This document shows, piece after piece, positions 46,925 through 53,158 of a stretch of DNA of 53,158 nucleotides. The position numbers and the translations under genes are program-made. The notes beneath the pieces were generated by a model that did no database searches, was not told where the DNA came from, and saw only the letters and a list, made by a program, of their open reading frames with translations. Source of the stretch: Candidatus Daviesbacteria bacterium (GTDB taxonomy: Bacteria; Patescibacteriota; Microgenomatia; Daviesbacterales; UBA10151); assembly GCA_016176405.1 (NCBI GenBank), contig JACOXG010000028.1, forward strand, positions 1 to 53,158. The letters are read 5' to 3'. Numbering within the stretch: position 1 is the first letter of the stretch; every line of letters begins with the position of its first letter.

Positions 46925-49777
46925 ATGATACAAATTATTAGAGTTAAAAATGTAGGTAAAGATTTATTGGGAGAGGGAATTCTTCATGATATCCATAATA
47001 CTTTGGGTAACAGAAATGTTACAAAAGTTGAATCTGCCAAAGTTTATAGATTAGAAGGTGTTTTTGAGGAGGAAGCCAAAATAATGGCAGAAACTGTTTT
47101 TTGTGAAAGTATTTATCAGACATATACATTGAATGAATCAATTCTAGGAATACACCTCCGAGGTGTGAGCAAGACGACTGCCAAGGCTCACCTCGGAGGT
47201 GAACAATTAGTGGTTTTAGAGGTTGCATATAAACCTGGGGTGATGAATCCTGAGGTGGGGTCAATTCTTAAGACCGCAGCTGACTTAAAAATTAAATTGA
47301 TTGCTGCTGATTCATCACACGAGTATGGTTTTTGGGGAGAAGTGACTACCAAAGAGGTGGAAGAAATTGCCAGAAAACTACATCTTCTAAATGAGATGAT
47401 TGAGTATTTTGTAAGAGAGGAACCAAAGACACTGATTATTAAGGAAGCTCCTGGAAAAACTAAAATCATCTGGCTACGTGGAATGAATGATAAACAATTA
47501 ATGAATCTTTCCCAAGGTAAACTTTTCCTTAATTTAGAAGAAATGAAAGTTATTCAAAGATATTTTCAAAAAATAAAAAGGGATTCGACTGATTTGGAAC
47601 TGGAGACTTTGGCTCAAACTTGGAGTGAACATTGTGCCCATAAAATTTTTAAAGCCAAAATAATTTTAGATGGCAAAGAAAAAGAACCCTTATTTACAAG
47701 ATTAAAAAAGGAAGCTTTAAAACATAATAAAAATATTGTTTCAGCATTTGTGGATAATGCAGGAGCAATGGATTTTTATGAAGGTTGGGCTATTAATGGA
47801 AAAGCAGAAACACACAATGCCCCCTCCGCTATAGAACCATATGGTGGAGCTATGACTGGCTCTGGTGGAGTTTTTAGGGATGTAGTAGCCACAGGCCAGG
47901 GTGCCAAAGCAGTTGTATCAACAGATATATTTTGTCTGGCTCCACCTGATATGGATAAGAGCCAACTGCCCGAGGGAACATTACCTCCTGACTATATGTT
48001 AAAAAGGGTAGTGGCTGCTGTTAGGGATTATGGCAATAGAGTGGGAATTCCCACTAACAATGGGTCATTTCATTTTCATGAAGATTTTCGGGCCAAACCA
48101 ATTGTTTTGGTTGGGGCTTATGGAATTTTGCCTAAAGAAAAAGCTAAAAAGGGATCTCCCAAAATTGGAGATATAGGGGTGGTGATTGGGGGAAGAACCG
48201 GGAGGGATGGAATTCATGGGGCTACATTTTCTTCTGGAATAATGTCAGAAAAAACAGCTACTATAAATGCTACAGCAGTGCAGATTGGGAATGCTATTGA
48301 AGAAAAAAGAATTTTTGATGCCATACTTGAGGCCCGAGATAAAAATTTAATCAGGGCTGTCCAAGATTTGGGAGCTGGAGGATTTTCATCTGCCATTGGT
48401 GAGATGGGAGTAGAAACTGGAGTTAAAGTTCATTTAGAAAAAGCACCACTTAAGTATCAAGGTTTGGCTCCCTGGGAAATTTTCCTAGCAGAATCTCAAG
48501 AGAGAATGTTAGTTGTTCTTTCTAAAAAGAATCTGAAAAAGTTTTTGAAAATTTGTCAAAAATATAATGTGGAAGCAACTAGTTTAGCAGAGTTTGATGG
48601 AAGCAGGAAATTACAAGTTTATTTTGAAAAGCAAAAAATTGGGGATTTAGAAATGAGTTTTCTCCATGGAGGATTACCCCAGAGAGTAATGAAAGCAACT
48701 CATGTCAAGGTCGCACCTTCGTCAAGGTCGCACCTCAACAAGATGCCGGGGACGGAAAAGGCGTGGGTTAATACTCTAAAGAGGGTCTTGGCAGATGGAA
48801 ATATAAATTCTAAAGAACCAATACTTCGAATGTATGATCATAATGTACAAGGGACAAATGCCTTGCATCCTTTTGCAGGTGAAGGGATGGATGGGCCAAA
48901 TGATGCAGTTGTTGTAAAGCCTTTACTTGATAAGCCCTACGGTATGGTGGTGGCCCATGGACTAAACCCAGAGTTCACAATGGTAGATCCATATTGGGGC
49001 AGTATTTGGGCAGCCACTGAAGCAATTTCAAATTATGTAGCAGTAGGAGGAGATTACAAAGAAGCCTGCTTAATAAATAATTACATTTGGCCATTCCCTG
49101 ATGAAGAGTGGTTGGGGAAATTAGATAGATGTGTGGATGCAGTTTGTGATTTTATGAAGGCTTTAAAGATTCCTGTAATTTCTGGAAAAGATAGTTTATC
49201 AGCAACTTACCGTGGGTCTAATGGAGTAGTAATACATAGCCCGCCTACACTTTGCATATCAGTTTTTGGAAAAATTCCTGATGTTACAAAAACAGTTTCT
49301 TCTGATTTTAAGAAAATTGGGTCAACAATTGTACTTGTTGGTCAAACAGCTCACCCCCGGGGTGAAGCTAAGGATTCACCAAGATCACACCCCGGGGGTG
49401 TGCCTAGAGTTGATTTACAACTGTTGCCAAAAGTCTTGGATAAAATTCATCAAGCAATTATAAGTGGAAAAGTTTTAGCTTGTCATGATGTTTCAGAAGG
49501 AGGTTTAATAACCTCAATTTTTGAAATGTGTGTGGGCGGGAATTGTGGAGCAACTTTGAAAGTTGATGGGAACCAAATACTTAATGAAACAGCTGGATGT
49601 TTTATTATAGAGATGGAAAATGAGGTGATTGCCAAAACTTTATTCAAAGGGATTCCATTTCAGATATTGGGAAAAACTACTGAAGAGGAAAAAATAAAAG
49701 TAGATGGATTAGTTACAGTAGATGTAAAGGAGCTTAAAGAAACATGGCAAAAACCAATGAAGGAGATATTTCCATGA
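46925..49777 (+). CDS. purL: FGAM synthase subunit PurL with N-terminal PurS-like region
   Basis: QTWSEHC, ETHNAPSAIEP, DLGAGG, ESQERM, SGKDS and HDVSEGG motifs. Confidence 0.95.
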   Translation: MIQIIRVKNVGKDLLGEGILHDIHNTLGNRNVTKVESAKVYRLEGVFEEEAKIMAETVFCESIYQTYTLNESILGIHLRGVSKTTAKAHLGGEQLVVLEVAYKPGVMNPEVGSILKTAADLKIKLIAADSSHEYGFWGEVTTKEVEEIARKLHLLNEMIEYFVREEPKTLIIKEAPGKTKIIWLRGMNDKQLMNLSQGKLFLNLEEMKVIQRYFQKIKRDSTDLELETLAQTWSEHCAHKIFKAKIILDGKEKEPLFTRLKKEALKHNKNIVSAFVDNAGAMDFYEGWAINGKAETHNAPSAIEPYGGAMTGSGGVFRDVVATGQGAKAVVSTDIFCLAPPDMDKSQLPEGTLPPDYMLKRVVAAVRDYGNRVGIPTNNGSFHFHEDFRAKPIVLVGAYGILPKEKAKKGSPKIGDIGVVIGGRTGRDGIHGATFSSGIMSEKTATINATAVQIGNAIEEKRIFDAILEARDKNLIRAVQDLGAGGFSSAIGEMGVETGVKVHLEKAPLKYQGLAPWEIFLAESQERMLVVLSKKNLKKFLKICQKYNVEATSLAEFDGSRKLQVYFEKQKIGDLEMSFLHGGLPQRVMKATHVKVAPSSRSHLNKMPGTEKAWVNTLKRVLADGNINSKEPILRMYDHNVQGTNALHPFAGEGMDGPNDAVVVKPLLDKPYGMVVAHGLNPEFTMVDPYWGSIWAATEAISNYVAVGGDYKEACLINNYIWPFPDEEWLGKLDRCVDAVCDFMKALKIPVISGKDSLSATYRGSNGVVIHSPPTLCISVFGKIPDVTKTVSSDFKKIGSTIVLVGQTAHPRGEAKDSPRSHPGGVPRVDLQLLPKVLDKIHQAIISGKVLACHDVSEGGLITSIFEMCVGGNCGATLKVDGNQILNETAGCFIIEMENEVIAKTLFKGIPFQILGKTTEEEKIKVDGLVTVDVKELKETWQKPMKEIFP
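47153..47201. repeat. 49-bp double-palindrome element, copy 3 (in purL)
   Basis: CACCTCCGAGGTG-N23-CACCTCGGAGGTG. Confidence 0.9.
48704..48736. repeat. Tandem pair of AAGGT-CGC-ACCT mini-hairpins in purL
   Basis: GTCAAGGTCGCACCTTC GTCAAGGTCGCACCTC, 17-bp period. Confidence 0.75.
49352..49400. repeat. 49-bp double-palindrome element, copy 4 (variant, in purL)
   Basis: CACCCCCGGGGTG-N23-CACCCCGGGGGTG. Confidence 0.9.
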
Positions 49778-50534
49778 AGAAAGTGAGAGTTTGTATTTTA
49801 CAATCTGATGGGACTAATTGTGATAATGAACTTTTTTATGCATTTAAAAAGTTTGGGGGAAGCCCACAGCTTGTTCATGTAAATGAGTTAAGGAATAATT
49901 CTAAAAGTTTAAAAGATTTTCAGATTTTAGCTCTACCTGGAGGATTTTCTTATGGGGATGATGTAGCATCTGGAAAAATTTGGGCAGTGGAGCTAATTTC
50001 TTTTTTAAGGGAGGAGATTGAAAATTTTAGAAAAAAAGGAGGACTTATTATAGGAATTTGTAATGGATTTCAAGTTTTAGTTAGAACTGGGTTATTACCT
50101 TTTGGAAATTTAGGAATAGTGGACATTTTGAATGTAGATGGGTCAGCTTAAAAGTGGTAAAAAGTAAGTGTGTATTTTTAAAAGAAAACAGTAGTGTTGG
50201 TTGGTTTGCAGTTAATCATGGTGAAGGAAAATTCCTTGGAACCGCGGAGACACTGAAGAAGGTAGAAGCGCAGAGTCTAGTAGTACTTAGATATGTTGAT
50301 GAAAATGGACATCCAACACAAAAATATCCAGAAAATCCTAATGGGGCACTAAATGCCATTGCAGGAGTGACAGATCCAACTGGCACAGTTTTAGGCCTGA
50401 TGCCGCATCCTGAGAAGTTTGTGGATATTACTCAGTATCCAAACTGGAGAAGAGAATCCGCCAGCTGGCGGATCAAGCCTCATGGAGCTTTTATCTTTGA
50501 AGATATGATAAAGTTTGTAAAGGAGGGCAAATAA
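49774..50534 (+). pseudogene. purQ: FGAM synthase glutaminase subunit PurQ, split by deletion/frameshift near 50117 (possibly assembly artefact)
   Basis: GTNCD, PGGFSYGD and GICNGFQ, then out-of-frame SGHFECRWV...NHGEG...NPNG...GLMPHPE. Confidence 0.9.
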
Positions 50535-50536
50535 AC

Positions 50537-50618
50537 TGTCATTCCGAGCGATCAGCGAGGAATCTCTAGACTTGTTCTAGAATAAATCTAGAGATCCTTC
50601 GTTTCACTCAGGATGACA
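50537..50618. repeat. REPIN-like inverted pair of REP-like units
   Basis: TGTCATTCCGAGCGATCAGCGAGGAATCTCTAGA...TCTAGAGATCCTTCGTTTCACTCAGGATGACA. Confidence 0.85.
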
Positions 50619-50629
50619 AAAGCAAATAT

Positions 50630-52186
50630 ATGATAATCCTGGTTGATTTTGGATCACAAACAGCACATTTAATTTCAAGAAGAATTAAAGAGCTTGGGGT
50701 GGAATGTCAAATTGTAACTCCAGATGAAGCTTTAGAAAAAATCAGATCCTTCGGGCTTCGCCCTCAGGATGACAGGGGGGTAGATGGAATAATTTTTTCT
50801 GGAGGACCAGCTTCTGTTTACGAGGAAGATTCTCCAACCATAAGTAAAGAAATTTTTAGTTTGGGAATTCCCATTTTAGGAATTTGTTATGGACAACAAT
50901 TAATGTGTCAGCTTTTAGGTGGACAGGTGAAACCTGGATTTAAAAAAGAGTATGGACCAGCAGAATTAGTGATAAGGGATAAGGGGAAAGGGGGAAGTCT
51001 AATGGAAGGAGTGCCAAGTGGAATTACGGTTTGGATGAGTCATGGAGATGAGGTTATTAAAATACCTGAAGGATTTAAAACATATGGGGTAACTAAAACA
51101 ATTCCCTATGCTGTTATTGAAAATGAAGATAAGAAAATCTATGGAATTCAATTTCATCCGGAAGTAATTCATACAGAATTTGGGGAAGAGATTTTAGCAA
51201 ACTTTATAAAGATTTGTGGATTAAAAATTAAAAAAAGAGTTATTGATAAATCATTTGTAGAAAATATTATAAAAGATATTAAAGATTCGGTAGGTAATGA
51301 AAAAGCAATCTGTGCTTTATCTGGTGGAGTAGATTCATCAGTGGCTGCTTTGTTAGTTCATCAGGCAATAGGAGATAACTTAGAATCACTTTATATTGAC
51401 TCAGGTCTAATGAGAGATGGGGAAACCCAAAACTTAAAAAAAGTATTTAAAAATAAATTCCAAATGAAAATTAGAATAGTGAATGCTCAGAAATTATTTT
51501 TAGAAAATTTAGTGGGGGTAGTTGAACCGGAAAATAAAAGACATGTGATTGGAAAAACTTTTATTAAAGTTTTTGAAAAAGAAGCCAAAAAGTCTGGTGC
51601 CAAATTTTTAGTTCAAGGAACAATTTATCCTGATGTGATTGAATCAGCAGGATCTAAGCATGCTCAAGTTATTAAATCTCATCATAATGTGGGGGCCTTG
51701 CCTGAAAAAATGAATTTATCTTTAATAGAACCTTTAAGAAATTTCTATAAAGATGAGGTCAGAAAAATTGGCAAAATTTTGGGACTACCTGATGAAATAA
51801 TAAACAGACAACCATTTCCAGGGCCAGGATTGGCAGTGAGAATTATTGGTAATGTAACTCAGGAAAAATTAGAAATTTTAAGAAAGGCAGATAAAATTGT
51901 GCAGGAGGAAATTGATAAAACAGATTTTCCAGGGGAGCTTTGGCAGGCCTTTGCAGTTTTAACTGGAATAAAAACAACAGGGGTAAGAGGTGATGAGAGA
52001 GCTTATGGGGAGACCATAGCCATCAGAGCAATTGAGGCTCAAGATGCAATGTCTGCAAATTTTGCCAAATTACCATATGAACTTTTAGAAAAAATTTCTA
52101 CTAGAATTGTAAATGAAGTACCGGAAGTGAACCGTGTGGTCTATGACATCACCAACAAACCCCCAGCTACTATGGAATGGGAGTAG
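50630..52186 (+). CDS. guaA: GMP synthase (glutamine-hydrolysing)
   Basis: DFGSQ, GICYGQQ, QFHPEV, SGGVDS and KPPATMEWE motifs. Confidence 0.98.
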   Translation: MIILVDFGSQTAHLISRRIKELGVECQIVTPDEALEKIRSFGLRPQDDRGVDGIIFSGGPASVYEEDSPTISKEIFSLGIPILGICYGQQLMCQLLGGQVKPGFKKEYGPAELVIRDKGKGGSLMEGVPSGITVWMSHGDEVIKIPEGFKTYGVTKTIPYAVIENEDKKIYGIQFHPEVIHTEFGEEILANFIKICGLKIKKRVIDKSFVENIIKDIKDSVGNEKAICALSGGVDSSVAALLVHQAIGDNLESLYIDSGLMRDGETQNLKKVFKNKFQMKIRIVNAQKLFLENLVGVVEPENKRHVIGKTFIKVFEKEAKKSGAKFLVQGTIYPDVIESAGSKHAQVIKSHHNVGALPEKMNLSLIEPLRNFYKDEVRKIGKILGLPDEIINRQPFPGPGLAVRIIGNVTQEKLEILRKADKIVQEEIDKTDFPGELWQAFAVLTGIKTTGVRGDERAYGETIAIRAIEAQDAMSANFAKLPYELLEKISTRIVNEVPEVNRVVYDITNKPPATMEWE

Positions 52187-53158
52187 TTAAAGCTCAATAT
52201 ATTCTTCTCTTGAGGGACCTATGGAAATTAGTTTAATTTTAATTCCTAAAAATTCTTCTATAAATTTCAAATATGCTTGACAATTTTTGGGAAGGTCTTT
52301 AAAGGATTTTATTTTTCTTAAATCTTCATCCCATCCTGGAAAAGTTTTGTAAACTGAAGTAAGTTTTGAAAGTTCATTATATCCACAAGAAGAATAGGGA
52401 ATGGATCTCCTATTTAATTTGTATCCTACACAAACTTTAATTTCTTTTAGTCCTGAGATGATATCAATTTTGGTGATGGCAATATCAGTAATACCAGAAA
52501 CTTGACAGCTAAATTTAACAGCTTCTAAATCTAACCACCCAATTCTTCTTGGCCTACCAGTAGTAGTCCCAAACTCTGCTCCATTATTCCTAATTTTATT
52601 AGCCAACTCTCCTTCAATTTCTGTAGGAAGTGGTCCTTCCCCAACTCTGGAGGTATAAGCTTTAACTACTCCCCAAACTTGAGAAATTTTTTGAGGAGGT
52701 ATTCCTGCTCCAGTATTGACAGCTCCAGTTATCACATTTGATCCTGTAGAATAAGGATAAGGTGAGAAATCAATATCTAGCATGACTCCATGAGCCCCTT
52801 CCATTAAAATAGATTTTTTCTCATTTATGGCTTTTTGTAAAATCTGAAAAGTATCGGAAACAAAGGGAAGAATTTCATCTCTAAGCTTAGAAAGTTCTGC
52901 TAATTCTTTCTTAATATCAATTTCTTTAACCCCAAATGTTTTTAAGATTTTGTTTTTAATATTAGTTTGAAAGCTAAATTTTTCAACAAATAATTCCCAA
53001 TCAATTAGTTCATAAATTCTGATACCGTTATAACTGACTTTATCTGCCAGAGCTGGACCGATACCCCGGCCAGTGGTGCCCAATTTATTTTTGCCCCGGG
53101 TATTTTCATAAGCTAAATCCAAAACCTTATGGTAGGGAAGGACAAGATGGCATCGATC
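52187..53158 (-). CDS. purA: Adenylosuccinate synthetase, 5' end outside the window
   Basis: GTTGRGIGP, EGAHG, KAYTSRVGEGP and EFGTTTGRPRRIGWLD motifs. Confidence 0.96.
   Translation of the reverse strand, partial: DRCHLVLPYHKVLDLAYENTRGKNKLGTTGRGIGPALADKVSYNGIRIYELIDWELFVEKFSFQTNIKNKILKTFGVKEIDIKKELAELSKLRDEILPFVSDTFQILQKAINEKKSILMEGAHGVMLDIDFSPYPYSTGSNVITGAVNTGAGIPPQKISQVWGVVKAYTSRVGEGPLPTEIEGELANKIRNNGAEFGTTTGRPRRIGWLDLEAVKFSCQVSGITDIAITKIDIISGLKEIKVCVGYKLNRRSIPYSSCGYNELSKLTSVYKTFPGWDEDLRKIKSFKDLPKNCQAYLKFIEEFLGIKIKLISIGPSREEYIEL

Noticed and set aside
5695-49463. Numerous 60-110 aa antisense or alternate-frame ORFs inside conserved genes
   Set aside because: Fully nested in well-supported CDSs, with no recognisable motifs

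Overview
AT-rich, gene-dense chromosomal housekeeping segment. Gene content and style point to a Patescibacteria (CPR) genome, probably Microgenomates (inferred). It encodes def/fmt, mreB with mreCD-mrdA-dprA (split by a pyrD/pyrE/pyrF block), a membrane-anchored Clp-type ATPase, topA, a pyrG-NYN-tmk-dcd-dcd-thyA-folA cluster, rpsB-tsf-frr-rseP, proS, tig, hit-rpsU-yqeY-ybeY-dnaX, glyA-folD, ybaB-recR, cysS-cmk and a de novo purine block (purF, purN, purD, purL, purQ, guaA, partial purA). No rRNA, tRNA, CRISPR array or transposase was seen. The striking layer lies below gene level, in several families of small structured repeats that sit between and inside essential genes. These are: (i) a ~145-bp three-way-junction element with compensatory base changes, starting exactly after three different stop codons; (ii) a 49-bp 13-23-13 double-palindrome element in frame twice in topA and twice in purL; (iii) REP-like hairpins written into fmt, dcd, folA, tsf, proS, recR, purQ and guaA; (iv) 7-bp-period arrays with a shared architecture. 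Other candidates are a convergent ~60-nt antisense RNA at the 3' end of an NYN nuclease gene, pervasive leaderless promoters with a lone perfect Shine-Dalgarno on rpsU, and an rpsB leader pseudoknot. About nine short internal deletions in conserved genes are most likely assembly artefacts.
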